Source: Candidatus Saccharimonadota bacterium
Lineage (GTDB): Bacteria > Patescibacteriota > Saccharimonadia > Saccharimonadales > UBA4665
Assembly (NCBI GenBank): GCA_027340655.1
Contig: DAHWQR010000003.1
Coordinates: 1-58,310, forward strand
Direction: 5' to 3'
DNA length: 58,310 nucleotides
Positions within the stretch are counted from its first letter, which is position 1. The number at the start of each line of letters is the position of its first letter. The translations under genes and the position numbers were made by a program. The notes beneath the pieces are model-generated. The model was not told the origin of the DNA. It was given only the letters and a program-made list of their open reading frames with translations, and ran no database searches. Shown in pieces: positions 44,703 to 54,789 of this stretch.

Positions 44703-46184
44703 ATGGCTCAACCGACACTTTTCTTTTACGATCTTGAAACCTCGGGCCTGCACCCTGATTCAGCTCGGATCATGCAGTTTGCCGGCCAGCGTGTAGATTA
44801 CCAGCTAAATAAAGTCGGTGAAGCGTTTAATTTCTTAATCCAGCTTAACGAAGATGTATTGCCTGACCCAAGTGCCATTTTGGTCCATGGTATAGCTCCG
44901 CAACAGACCATCCTCGAAGGATTAACGGAAGCCGAGTTTCTGCGCGAATTTTACGCCTCGATAGTAACCGAGAATACTACTTTCGTTGGCTATAACAATA
45001 TCCGCTTTGACGATGAATTTATGCGTTTCCTAAACTTCCGTAACCTGTATGATCCGTACGCCTGGGCCTGGGAGCAAGGTCGCTCGCGCTGGGATCTCTT
45101 AGACGTCGTGCGTATAACCCGGGCGCTTCGCCCGGAAGGGATTAACTGGCCTCTGGATAGTGATGCTAAACCGACCAATCGGCTCGAGAGTCTGGCCCAA
45201 GCTAACAAACTAAACCATATTTCGGCTCATGACGCTCTTTCGGACGTTGAAGCCACTATTGATCTGGCACGGTTAATTAAACTTAAGCAACCGAAACTTT
45301 TTGAGTATTTGTTTTCAATACGCGTGAAGGATAAGGCAGCTCAGGTGATCGATAACCAACAGCCGTTTATCTATACTTCAAGGCACTACTCATCGGCCAA
45401 TTTAAATACCACCTTGGCAATTAAAGTTGCCCCTAACTTATCTACTCCAGGCAGTTTCCTAGTTTATGATTTACGCTTTGATCCTACGCCGTGGTTAAAA
45501 CTAAGCCCCGAACAGTTAGCCGATAGCTGGCGCTTCAGATTCGACCGCGATTTGGAAGCTAATCCTCTGTTGCCAGTCAAGACAATTAAACTGAATCGCT
45601 GCCCGGCAGTTGCCCCGTCGGAGATTATTCGTTCCGACCCGGAAACTCTAAAGCGTTTGAATTTGGATATGGCGGCAATTGACCAGCATTTAAAAACTAT
45701 TAAAAGTCGGGACGCTCAAGAGTTCGCAGGACGTTTGAATGAGGCCCTAGAGATTTTAAATCAGGAGCAAAGCGCGCGTCAGCAGAAACGTAAGACGACC
45801 CTAGACGCCCGACTTTACGAGGGCTTCTATAACGATCATGACCGTAAGATGCTGCTTGAACTACACGCTGCTAAAGAATCGGCGAGTAAGGTACGTGATC
45901 TAAGGGATAAGTTTAGCGACCATAGATTGGCTCAGCTGTGCAGTTTTTATCTAGCTCGCAACTTTAAGCGCGAACTAAGTGAAAGCGAACGCTCCGGCTG
46001 GGATAAATATCTGAGACGACACCTGCTCGGCGGTGGAGACAATAGCCGTTTAGCGCTGTATTTTAAACAAATTGCCGATTTGGCGCAGGAACGAACGGAT
46101 GCGCGTAGTCAGGTTTTGCTCGAAGATCTCAAGTTGTATGGGGAGTCCCTGATTCCCGCTGACTACACTGGGGAAGAAGATTGA
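44703..46184 (+). CDS. sbcB: Exodeoxyribonuclease I
   Basis: The DEDDh motifs are FFYDLETSGL, YNNIRFDDEFMR and HDALSDVEAT. The 493-aa length includes the SH3-like and helical C-terminal domains. Confidence 0.9.
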   Translation: MAQPTLFFYDLETSGLHPDSARIMQFAGQRVDYQLNKVGEAFNFLIQLNEDVLPDPSAILVHGIAPQQTILEGLTEAEFLREFYASIVTENTTFVGYNNIRFDDEFMRFLNFRNLYDPYAWAWEQGRSRWDLLDVVRITRALRPEGINWPLDSDAKPTNRLESLAQANKLNHISAHDALSDVEATIDLARLIKLKQPKLFEYLFSIRVKDKAAQVIDNQQPFIYTSRHYSSANLNTTLAIKVAPNLSTPGSFLVYDLRFDPTPWLKLSPEQLADSWRFRFDRDLEANPLLPVKTIKLNRCPAVAPSEIIRSDPETLKRLNLDMAAIDQHLKTIKSRDAQEFAGRLNEALEILNQEQSARQQKRKTTLDARLYEGFYNDHDRKMLLELHAAKESASKVRDLRDKFSDHRLAQLCSFYLARNFKRELSESERSGWDKYLRRHLLGGGDNSRLALYFKQIADLAQERTDARSQVLLEDLKLYGESLIPADYTGEED

Positions 46185-46370
46185 CCCAGCACTAGCGCGG
46201 ACTTCTCGTTTGATCCGGGATATAGTCTGGTTATTTAAAATAAAGTGCAGCAGTGGCCTGCGCCAGCGCTTAAATACAATAAACGCAATTATGCCAAGCG
46301 AAAGCAGACACCACCAGACAAAACCGAGTTTTGTGCCAATCACTAATCCCAAATTTACTAACTGATACAT
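46050..46370 (-). CDS. Possible small membrane protein (doubtful)
   Basis: The first ~45 codons (MYQLVNLGLVIGTKLGFVWWCLLSLGIIAFIVFKRWRR) lie in the sbcB-uvrA spacer and look like TM helices. The remaining 135 nt run antisense through the sbcB 3' end. Confidence 0.2.
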   Translation of the reverse strand: MYQLVNLGLVIGTKLGFVWWCLLSLGIIAFIVFKRWRRPLLHFILNNQTISRIKREVRASAGSIFFPSVVSGNQGLPIQLEIFEQNLTTRIRSFLRQIGNLFKIQR

Positions 46371-46505
46371 AACCGTAATTGCCCGATATACCTCTCACGG
46401 ATTGATGAGCGGCAATAATACCACGAAATTGTACGTAGGTCAATAAGCGTTCACTCAATAGCCACTTCTTGTGCTTAGACAGTGGTCAAAAGCGGCAAAA
46501 TCAGT

Positions 46506-46511
46506 TATAAT
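46506..46511 (+). promoter_or_regulatory. Candidate -10 hexamer (TATAAT) upstream of uvrA
   Basis: Sequence tcagtTATAATtgttt lies 38 nt upstream of the ATG at 46549. Confidence 0.3.
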
Positions 46512-46548
46512 TGTTTACTTTGTCAATTAAGTGAATGGTTAGCGTTTT

Positions 46549-49362
46549 ATGGCCGATGTAATATCAGTTCAAGGTGCGCGGGAACACAACTTAAAGAATT
46601 TAAGTGTCGATATTCCACGCAACAAGCTGGTTGTGATTACCGGTCTTTCCGGCTCCGGCAAGTCCTCATTAGCTTTCGATACCATTTATGCTGAAGGTCA
46701 ACGCCGATATGTTGAGAGCCTGAGCTCTTATGCCAGGCAATTCTTAGGTTTAATGGAAAAACCGGATGTTGACCAAATTGACGGCTTAAGCCCGGCCATC
46801 TCCATCGACCAGAAATCCACCAGCCGCAATCCGCGCTCCACGGTTGCGACGGTAACTGAAATCTATGATTATTTACGATTACTTTATGCCAGAATCGGCA
46901 TACCGCATTGCCCAATCGATAACGTAGTTGTCGAGCGGAGGACAATTGAGGGAATACTGGAGCAAATCTTCTCACGCTTTAAAGGTCATCGGATCATAGT
47001 TCTAGCCCCGGTCGTTATCGATAAAAAGGGAGCTTTTGAACATATTCCCGAGCAGTACAGCCGGGCCGGTTTCGCTAGGGCTAGAGTGGACGGAGTGATT
47101 TATGCTCTTGATGAATTTCCGAGTCTCGACAAAAACCTACGCCATAAAATTGAAATAGTGGTCGATAGGCTGGCCCTTGACGAAGATAGCCGTGGCCGTT
47201 TAGTCCAAAGCGTTGAACAGGCTTTAGATCAAACCGAGGGCCATGTATATGTCTTGGATGCCGACAGCAGTGAGCTTTTAACTTACAGTCTGCGTTATGC
47301 CTGCCCGAACCATCCGGAAGTAGTTATCCCCGAACTGGAACCGCGCACCTTCAGCTTTAACAGCCCGCACGGTGCCTGCCCGGTCTGCACCGGCATTGGT
47401 TCACGACTCGAAGTCGATCCTAACCTGGTTATTCCTAACGGCCGTTTAACGATTGCCGAAGGCGCAATCCGCCCCTACAACCGGATTAATGTAGACAACT
47501 GGTATATGAAGAAACTGACCGCTGTTTCTGAGGCTTATCATTTCTCCTTGCACCAACCAACCGGCGAGTTGCCCCAAGAACAGTTAAACCTGATCTTGTA
47601 TGGAACCGGAGAGCAAACCTACCGCATTCGACTAGGTTCGGGGCGCAGTTTTGAGACAACTTATGAGGGCGTAATTCCTAATCTGGAACGGCGCCACCGG
47701 GAAACCGACAGTGATTTTATCCGCCGCGACATTGAGCGTTTTATGCAGGAAAGACCTTGTTACAAGTGCCATGGCTTGCGGTTAAAGCCCGAAGTCTTGG
47801 CAATTACAGTTAACGATTCCTCGATTATGGACGTCTGTCAGCTATCAATTACCGATGCTGCGGCCTGGGTCGATCAACTTAAGCTCAATCCAACTGAAAC
47901 ACGCATTGCACGCCTAATAATTAAAGAAATCACCGCGAGGCTTAGGTTTCTAATAGATGTTGGTTTGGACTACTTAACTCTACTGCGCAGTGCCGTTACT
48001 TTATCCGGTGGCGAGGCTCAAAGAATCCGCCTGGCGACTCAGATCGGTTCAGGATTAAGCGGTGTCCTATACGTGCTTGATGAGCCTAGTATTGGTTGGC
48101 ACCAAAGAGACAATGCGCGTTTGATTGAGACACTAAAGCGCCTGCGAGATCTCGGCAATTCAGTGTTAGTAGTGGAACACGACGAAGAAACTATCCGCAG
48201 TGCCGATTGGTTACTGGACATTGGACCGGGAGCCGGTATCCATGGCGGTGAAGTAGTAGCCGCCGGCACTCCTGAACAAGTAATAAAACAGCAGCGCAGT
48301 GTTACGGCCGGTTATCTATCCGGCAAGCTGGAGATTCCGATTCCGAAAACCCGGCGCCAGGGAAATGGTAAACAACTGCTAATTAAAGGCGCCAGAGAGA
48401 ATAATCTTAAGAACCTGGATGTGCCGATTCCTTTAGGTAGCTTAGTAGTGGTTAGCGGAGTTAGCGGATCCGGCAAATCCAGTCTGATCAATGACATCCT
48501 GGCAAAAGAACTGCTGGCTAGGCTAAATCGGGCCAGTACTGTGCCGGGCCGTCACGATGACATCGAAGGTATTAAGCAGTTGGACAAGGCAATCATCATT
48601 GATCAAAGTCCGATCGGTCGAACACCACGCTCCAATCCAGCAACTTACATCGGACTGTTTACGCCAATCCGTGAACTGTTCGCTTCGCTACCGGAAGCTA
48701 AACTGCGCGGTTACTCTGCCGGAAGGTTCAGCTTTAATGTGCGCGGTGGGCGTTGCGAGAACTGCCGTGGAGACGGAATTATTAAGATTGAAATGCACTT
48801 CCTGCCAGACGTTTACGTACCCTGCGAGGTTTGTCACGGCAAGCGTTATAACCATGAGGCGCTGGAGATTCACTACAAGGGAAAGAACATCAGCGATGTT
48901 TTAGCTATGACTTGCGAAACCGCGCTGGAATTCTTTGCCAACATCCCATCCGTTAGCCGCAAACTGCAAACTTTGGTTGATGTCGGGCTGGGCTACATTA
49001 CCCTAGGGCAGCCGGCAACTACCTTATCCGGAGGTGAAGCCCAAAGGATTAAGCTATCCAGCGAACTAAGCCGCCGGCCAACGGGCCGGACGTTATATAT
49101 CCTGGACGAACCGACTACCGGGCTGCATATGGCTGACGTCGATAAGTTGCTTAAGATGTTGCATGCTCTGGTTGATGCCGGTAATAGCATGATTGTCATT
49201 GAGCATAACCTAGACATTATTAAGAATGCCGACTACCTCATTGACATGGGTCCGGAAGGTGGAGACGGCGGCGGAAAGATTGTCGCTAGCGGCACTCCTG
49301 AAGCCGTGGCTAATGTAAAAACTAGTTACACCGGCCAATTCTTAAAGCATATTCTTAAGTAA
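46549..49362 (+). CDS. uvrA: Excinuclease ABC subunit A
   Basis: There are two ABC ATPase modules ([12 protein letters not shown] and [12 protein letters not shown], with LSGGEAQRI twice). Zinc-finger cysteines are present ([14 protein letters not shown]...CEVCHG). Length is 937 aa. Confidence 0.97.
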   Translation: MADVISVQGAREHNLKNLSVDIPRNKLVVITGLSGSGKSSLAFDTIYAEGQRRYVESLSSYARQFLGLMEKPDVDQIDGLSPAISIDQKSTSRNPRSTVATVTEIYDYLRLLYARIGIPHCPIDNVVVERRTIEGILEQIFSRFKGHRIIVLAPVVIDKKGAFEHIPEQYSRAGFARARVDGVIYALDEFPSLDKNLRHKIEIVVDRLALDEDSRGRLVQSVEQALDQTEGHVYVLDADSSELLTYSLRYACPNHPEVVIPELEPRTFSFNSPHGACPVCTGIGSRLEVDPNLVIPNGRLTIAEGAIRPYNRINVDNWYMKKLTAVSEAYHFSLHQPTGELPQEQLNLILYGTGEQTYRIRLGSGRSFETTYEGVIPNLERRHRETDSDFIRRDIERFMQERPCYKCHGLRLKPEVLAITVNDSSIMDVCQLSITDAAAWVDQLKLNPTETRIARLIIKEITARLRFLIDVGLDYLTLLRSAVTLSGGEAQRIRLATQIGSGLSGVLYVLDEPSIGWHQRDNARLIETLKRLRDLGNSVLVVEHDEETIRSADWLLDIGPGAGIHGGEVVAAGTPEQVIKQQRSVTAGYLSGKLEIPIPKTRRQGNGKQLLIKGARENNLKNLDVPIPLGSLVVVSGVSGSGKSSLINDILAKELLARLNRASTVPGRHDDIEGIKQLDKAIIIDQSPIGRTPRSNPATYIGLFTPIRELFASLPEAKLRGYSAGRFSFNVRGGRCENCRGDGIIKIEMHFLPDVYVPCEVCHGKRYNHEALEIHYKGKNISDVLAMTCETALEFFANIPSVSRKLQTLVDVGLGYITLGQPATTLSGGEAQRIKLSSELSRRPTGRTLYILDEPTTGLHMADVDKLLKMLHALVDAGNSMIVIEHNLDIIKNADYLIDMGPEGGDGGGKIVASGTPEAVANVKTSYTGQFLKHILK

Positions 49363-49364
49363 TC

Positions 49365-49373
49365 TGGTAAAAT
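49365..49373 (+). promoter_or_regulatory. Extended -10 element (TGgTAAAAT) upstream of rplY
   Basis: Sequence atcTGGTAAAATgtatg lies 47 nt upstream of the ATG at 49420. Confidence 0.3.
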
Positions 49374-49419
49374 GTATGCAAGTAGATCTAAACACTAGAC
49401 AGGGGACGATAGGCTAAGT

Positions 49420-50133
49420 ATGGCTCAAGATGTAATTAATCTGACTTTAGAACCGCGCAGTATAACCGGCAAAGCCGTTAAACACTTGCGTAAAGACGGA
49501 AAAACTCCGGCTGTTATTCATGATCACGGCCAACCATCAATAATTGTTGAAGCTGACACTGTTAGCTTGCTCAAGGCCTACCGCCAGGCCGGTAAGCACC
49601 ATCCAATCATTTTAAGCGCCGGTGGAAAAACCTACACTGCAATGATTAAAACCGTGGAATTCGAACCACGCAAGCACCTGCTGAATCATGTTGTTTTTAA
49701 CGCCGTTGCCGCCGACCAAGTCGTTGAGGCGGAAATACCAATTGAGCCACAGTTTAACGAAGGCAACGAAGCCTCTCCGGCCGAAAGATCCGGCCTAATC
49801 GTGCTTAATAACCTTGAATCGGTAACTGTCGAAGCCTTGCCTAAGGATCTGCCGGAAGTTATTTACTATGATGCCGAGAAATTAGTGGAGATAGGCGACC
49901 AGATCTCCGTAGCCGACCTGATTCTGCCACCGAGCGTCGTTCTTAAAACTGAAACCAACCACGCCGTAGCCACCGTTTACGAGCCGAGTGCTCTAGCCGC
50001 GGCTAATGAATCGGCAGGTGGTAGCGCTGAAGAAGCTGTTCCGGCCGAAGAAGGCGAAACCGCCGAAGAAGGCGCAACCGGCGAGGCTTCATCGGAGTCG
50101 GCTGGTGCCGGTTCCGAAAAAACCGAATCCTAA
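49420..50133 (+). CDS. rplY: 50S ribosomal protein L25/Ctc form with an acidic C-terminal tail
   Basis: The N-terminal LTLEPRSITGKAVKHLRKDGKTPAVIH is typical of L25/Ctc. A two-domain Ctc-like body follows, and the tail is rich in E, A and G. Confidence 0.85.
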   Translation: MAQDVINLTLEPRSITGKAVKHLRKDGKTPAVIHDHGQPSIIVEADTVSLLKAYRQAGKHHPIILSAGGKTYTAMIKTVEFEPRKHLLNHVVFNAVAADQVVEAEIPIEPQFNEGNEASPAERSGLIVLNNLESVTVEALPKDLPEVIYYDAEKLVEIGDQISVADLILPPSVVLKTETNHAVATVYEPSALAAANESAGGSAEEAVPAEEGETAEEGATGEASSESAGAGSEKTES

Positions 50134-50219
50134 GCAGATAATAGGGCCTCTTCTAACAGACAAAGAGATATACTTTTAAGCTGAAGCGCTCATAATTATT
50201 TAAGTAATATATTTTTGTC

Positions 50220-51647
50220 ATGGAAGTGAACCCAATATTCCCTAGTCCTGAAGACGATGATGAGTCGAGTGATAGCCAGGAAAAAAAGGTTAAGAAAAAA
50301 ATACCTTCGCTGGCCGAGTTCCTATTAAAAGAGAAGGAAGATCAGACCAAAGAAAAAACTGGCCTGGATATTGCCCAAGCATTGTTTGAAGATCCAAAGT
50401 CTAAGGATGAGGCCGAAACTGATCAATCTGTAATTGAGCTAGAGGATCAGCAAGCAGTGGAGCTTCAGGCCCAATCTGAAACAGAACCGGTTGCGCTGAG
50501 CCCAGAAGAGGTCAGCAGTATTAACCAGGCACTGGCCGAAGAGCATTTACAAAATCCGGTAACTGAAGATCCGCCCCTGCCGCCCGTAAACGAATTTCTG
50601 GAATTGGTGGTTAGTGGTGTCGAGCCGGAAACCGCCTACACGGCTACCAAAATTGCCCATCAGCTGGACGACGGCCAGATTGAACAATTGCCAACTCAAG
50701 ACAATCGTCCGGCCATTCGGATTTCCGAGGCCGCACCAATAACGCTCGTCAACCAGGAACCGGCTGAGACCTATAGGCCTCAAGCTTCATTTAGCGGAAG
50801 CGCTAAAAAAGAAGTACCTCCCTATAAAAGGACCGGCTCAAAAGTAGTCCCTAAATTAGCTTCGAGTATTATTAAGCAGCGTCAGACTAACTCTAAAAAG
50901 CAGCTTTCGGTCGTTAAGGTGGCGGCCAAAGAAAAACAGCTTGAGGGCGAAGTGTCCGGTCTGGAAGCTAAACTCACGACTCAAGAAGTAACTTTGCAAC
51001 AGCTCAGCCGCCAGAAAGAAATTTATAGCAACGCCAATGTTACGAATAGGCCTTTTGAGCGCGTGCAGCCCGGTCGCAGTGAAAGCCGGCTGGAGGCTAT
51101 TAAGCCGGAACGAGCCGGACATATCGGGAAAGTCGTAGTCGGTAAGGAAAGAACCGTTGCCGAGCGCCGTGAACCGACCGTAATTACTAACCCCGAGCAG
51201 ATTAAAAGCTTGCGCCGGAATGAACTTCTGGAGCTCAGCAACAATGTACGTGTTGACGGGGCATCGCTTAAGCACATGTTCGAAAACAACCTATTTGACG
51301 AAACCGCCCTGCGGCGTTTGGTCGAGGCTCACTATAAGGGGTTAAATATCCTGCCTCAATTAAGACGGGAGATTTTAGACCGCCAGAACTATTTTGAACA
51401 AGACCCGCGCCTACGTAACCAATCTCTTAGTTCGCGCCAGGCTAGCGACGAACTGCTTAACCAGATATTAGCTTCCACTAATAAGCAGCCACTAGTAGAT
51501 AAACCTCAAGCAGCCCCGCTAATGAGCAGCGCTCCATTGGCGCCTGTGGCGACTCCGAAATCTTTCGGCCCGTCGCTAGCTAATGCCATCTTAGCGGTTA
51601 TTATTGTGCTGTTAGTTGGTTTGATTGCCTATTTTGCCTTGCGCTAG
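50220..51647 (+). CDS. Acidic hypothetical protein with a C-terminal TM anchor
   Basis: A 475-aa ORF with a D/E-rich N-terminal half, a coiled-coil segment and the final helix ANAILAVIIVLLVGLIAYFAL. No motif is recognised. Confidence 0.5.
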   Translation: MEVNPIFPSPEDDDESSDSQEKKVKKKIPSLAEFLLKEKEDQTKEKTGLDIAQALFEDPKSKDEAETDQSVIELEDQQAVELQAQSETEPVALSPEEVSSINQALAEEHLQNPVTEDPPLPPVNEFLELVVSGVEPETAYTATKIAHQLDDGQIEQLPTQDNRPAIRISEAAPITLVNQEPAETYRPQASFSGSAKKEVPPYKRTGSKVVPKLASSIIKQRQTNSKKQLSVVKVAAKEKQLEGEVSGLEAKLTTQEVTLQQLSRQKEIYSNANVTNRPFERVQPGRSESRLEAIKPERAGHIGKVVVGKERTVAERREPTVITNPEQIKSLRRNELLELSNNVRVDGASLKHMFENNLFDETALRRLVEAHYKGLNILPQLRREILDRQNYFEQDPRLRNQSLSSRQASDELLNQILASTNKQPLVDKPQAAPLMSSAPLAPVATPKSFGPSLANAILAVIIVLLVGLIAYFALR

Positions 51648-51672
51648 ATAGGTCTGGCTTTTTATTGTGAAG

Positions 51673-51678
51673 TACAAT
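51673..51678 (+). promoter_or_regulatory. Candidate -10 hexamer (TACAAT) 8 nt upstream of the uvrC ATG (leaderless-type)
   Basis: Sequence gaagTACAATacccttatATG. Confidence 0.3.
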
Positions 51679-51686
51679 ACCCTTAT

Positions 51687-53204
51687 ATGTTGAGTCAAAA
51701 GTTAGAGCAGAAACTCTCAGCTCTGCCTTCCAGTCCGGGCGTCTATTTCTACAGGGATAAAGCAGGCGAGATTATCTATATCGGCAAAGCCTCGGTACTT
51801 AAAAATAGAGTTCGGCAGTATTTCCAAAAGAGCCGTTACCGCGACCCGAAAACTGACGCCCTAGTCAGGGAAATTGCCGATATTGAATGGATGGTCGTGG
51901 ATAGCGAGCTGGACGCTTTGTTTCTTGAAGCCGAGCAGATTAGACGCTACCTGCCGCGCTATAACATTTTGCTAAGAGATGACAAATCCCTGGTTTACGT
52001 GCGTATTGATTATGACAGCGACTATCCGACAGTCAGTTTTACGCGTCGTCCGCTAGATGACGGGGCGCGCTACTTCGGCCCCTATACTTCAATCGCCGCA
52101 ATTCGCCAAGCCCTAAAATTGTTGCGACGGGTTTTCCCCTATGCCACCAAGCGCCAGCCGAACCAGAAGCGAGCGACCTTAAGTTATCATTTGGGACTTG
52201 ATCCGGGACTCGAGGAAGGGCGTACCTCACTAAACGACTACCGGACAAACCTAAGGCGCTTAATGGAATATATTAGCGGCAAACGGGCAACCTTAATACT
52301 TGAACTGGAGCGTGAGATGAAGCAGGCTGCAGCCAAACGAGACTTTGAGCAGGCCGCCCGCAAGCGCGACCAAATCGAAAGCCTGAAGCGGCTTAGCCAA
52401 CAAATAGTCTTTTCCGACAAGGAGTTCCTAGATATTAGTAAGGATCAGGCCCTAAACGAACTGGTAGAACTACTGAGTCTGAAGGCCTACCCGCGCCGAA
52501 TTGAAGGCTACGATATTAGCCACATGCAGGGAACGGACGTGGTCGCTTCAATGGTGGTATTTACGAACGGAGTAAGCAATAAGACCAGCTACCGGAAGTT
52601 TAAAACCAAGTACGACATTAATAACGATTTTTATAACATGCACGAAACCATCGCTCGCCGTTTTAGCCAGAAAAACCTTGTTAGCTGGGGGGTACCGGAC
52701 CTAGTGCTAATCGATGGCGGTAAGGGCCAGCTGGAAGCGGCATTAGATGCCCGGGACGAGGCCAAAACCGCAAGCCAGGTAGTATTTATTGGTCTCGCGA
52801 AACGCGAAGAACAAATTGTCATTGACGTTAACCGCAGCAAGGTTAAACTAAACTACCAGCTGCTGGATAAATTACACGGGCACGCTGTTTTTTCCGGTCA
52901 ATTTGTGATGCTCAGCTTACCCCATAGCACGAACATTACTAAATTACTTCAAAGGGTGCGCGATGAAAGTCACCGTTTCGCAGTTAGCTACCACTCGAGC
53001 CTAAAGATTAAACGGGTTAGCGGTTCGACGCTTGAGTCGATTCCAGGCATCGGTCCTTCCAGTGCCAAAAAGCTACTCCGGCATTTCGGTTCTCTAAAAG
53101 CGGTAACTATGGCCAGTGAAAATGAACTATCTAAAGTGCTCGGTCCCAAAAAAGCCAATATTGTTCAAGAATATCTCAGTAAAAGCTCTAGTCTGCTAAG
53201 CTAG
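51687..53204 (+). CDS. uvrC: Excinuclease ABC subunit C (compact)
   Basis: GIY-YIG motif (PGVYFYRDKAGEIIYIGKA), UVR domain (MKQAAAKRDFEQAARKRDQIESL), endonuclease domain (IEGYDISH, LIDGGKGQL) and a C-terminal HhH (IPGIGPSSAKKLLRHFGS). Confidence 0.9.
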   Translation: MLSQKLEQKLSALPSSPGVYFYRDKAGEIIYIGKASVLKNRVRQYFQKSRYRDPKTDALVREIADIEWMVVDSELDALFLEAEQIRRYLPRYNILLRDDKSLVYVRIDYDSDYPTVSFTRRPLDDGARYFGPYTSIAAIRQALKLLRRVFPYATKRQPNQKRATLSYHLGLDPGLEEGRTSLNDYRTNLRRLMEYISGKRATLILELEREMKQAAAKRDFEQAARKRDQIESLKRLSQQIVFSDKEFLDISKDQALNELVELLSLKAYPRRIEGYDISHMQGTDVVASMVVFTNGVSNKTSYRKFKTKYDINNDFYNMHETIARRFSQKNLVSWGVPDLVLIDGGKGQLEAALDARDEAKTASQVVFIGLAKREEQIVIDVNRSKVKLNYQLLDKLHGHAVFSGQFVMLSLPHSTNITKLLQRVRDESHRFAVSYHSSLKIKRVSGSTLESIPGIGPSSAKKLLRHFGSLKAVTMASENELSKVLGPKKANIVQEYLSKSSSLLS

Positions 53205-53215
53205 AAGGTGAATGT

Positions 53216-54460
53216 GTGAGCGAAAGTATGTCTAAACTAAAGTTTGATGCCGAATTTTTTAAGGCCAACCGTCAGCGCCTGATTGCTCAGCTACCTGCGG
53301 ACTTGCCAATAGCCGTTACCGCCAACGGTCTGCTGCAGCGTGGAGCCGATACCACCTATCCCTTTACTCAAGACGCCAACTTTTGGTATCTGACCGGAAT
53401 CAATGACCCGGACATTACTCTAGTGATTGATCAGCAACGGGAGTTTCTAATTGTGCCAATCCGTGAAGGCTCACGGGTAACCTTTGATGGACAAATAGAT
53501 AAGCGTTTGCTCGCTAAAACCTCCGGCGTGAGTGACATTATTAACGAAGCCAGCGGTTGGAGGCGACTTGACGGCTTGCTGGCACGTACCAAACAAGTAG
53601 CAACCCTAGCTCCGGCTCCGTCTTTCATTGAACAGTATGGGCTGTATGCTAATCCTGCCCGCTCGCGTTTCGTGGATCGCCTAAAGCAACATGCCGGAGA
53701 AGAGTTAAGGCTAATAGATATCCGTGCTCAGCTGGCATCTCTAAGGGTTGTTAAGCAGCCGGTTGAGCTTGAAGCGATTAAGCAGGCAATAGATATTACG
53801 CTCGGCACCCTAAAGGAAGTCTTAGCGAAACCTTACGGCACGTATAAATACGAGTATCAGGTGGAAGCGGATATTAGCCGCGGTTTTCGTTTCCGTGGAG
53901 CCAGAGGCCATGCCTTTGAACCGATTGTCGCTGGCGGCTCTCGAGCTTGTACGATGCACTACATTAGCAACTCCACGCGCCTTAAGAACGGCGAAATCGT
54001 TATTTGCGATGTCGGGGCTGAAGTTAGCGGTTACGCAGCCGACATCACGAGAATGCTAAAAACTGCCAAACCAACCAAGCGCCAGGAAGATGTTTTTAAT
54101 GCCGTCAAGGAAACCCAGGACTATGCGCTAAGCTTACTTGGCCCGGGGGTATATCTTCGGGGATACGAGGCGAAAGTCGCCAAATTCGCTGGCCTAAAGT
54201 TAAAGCAACTAGGTGTCACAAAAGACCTTAGGCAGGAGACTATTAGGGAATATTTCCCGCACGCCGCATCGCATTTTTTGGGCCTGAACGTGCATGACGT
54301 TGGCGACTACACTAAGCCGCTGCAGCCGGGCAGCGTCATTACCTTGGAGCCGGGTATTTACCTGCCGGAGGAGGGAATTGGGGTGCGAATCGAAGATGAC
54401 ATTCTAATTACCGCCAAAGGAACTGAAGTATTGAGTTCCAAGCTGCCAGCCAAGCTTTAG
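53216..54460 (+). CDS. pepP: Xaa-Pro aminopeptidase (M24B family)
   Basis: The metal ligand contexts are CDVGAEVSGYAADITR, HFLGLNVHD, LEPGIY and GVRIEDD. The start is GTG at 53216, or alternatively ATG at 53228. Confidence 0.85.
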   Translation: MSESMSKLKFDAEFFKANRQRLIAQLPADLPIAVTANGLLQRGADTTYPFTQDANFWYLTGINDPDITLVIDQQREFLIVPIREGSRVTFDGQIDKRLLAKTSGVSDIINEASGWRRLDGLLARTKQVATLAPAPSFIEQYGLYANPARSRFVDRLKQHAGEELRLIDIRAQLASLRVVKQPVELEAIKQAIDITLGTLKEVLAKPYGTYKYEYQVEADISRGFRFRGARGHAFEPIVAGGSRACTMHYISNSTRLKNGEIVICDVGAEVSGYAADITRMLKTAKPTKRQEDVFNAVKETQDYALSLLGPGVYLRGYEAKVAKFAGLKLKQLGVTKDLRQETIREYFPHAASHFLGLNVHDVGDYTKPLQPGSVITLEPGIYLPEEGIGVRIEDDILITAKGTEVLSSKLPAKL

Positions 54461-54554
54461 ATTTGAACTAACTGCTAAGGATTTGCGGAGTTAACAATTA
54501 TCCTGCTAAACTAATAATTAATAAAGCCATTAAGGTAAGAGAGTTAGATATTCT

Positions 54555-54767
54555 ATGAACATATATGACTACATAGCTTTCGGTTCTATGCTGCTCATGG
54601 TACTGCTCATTTTGGTGCAAACCCGCGGTGCCTCCTTAGGTGCCGGATTGGGCGGAGCAGGTGATGTTAACACCACCAGGCGGGGTACCGAAAAGACAAT
54701 TTTTCAGCTAACAATTATCTCGGCCATTATCTTTTCGCTTTCTTTATTGTTTAGCGCCATAGGTTAA
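54555..54767 (+). CDS. secG: Preprotein translocase subunit SecG
   Basis: A 70-aa protein with two TM helices flanking the Gly-rich loop QTRGASLGAGLGGAGD, as is typical of SecG. Confidence 0.75.
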   Translation: MNIYDYIAFGSMLLMVLLILVQTRGASLGAGLGGAGDVNTTRRGTEKTIFQLTIISAIIFSLSLLFSAIG

Positions 54768-54789
54768 GCCAAGACGCGCATTTAAAATT

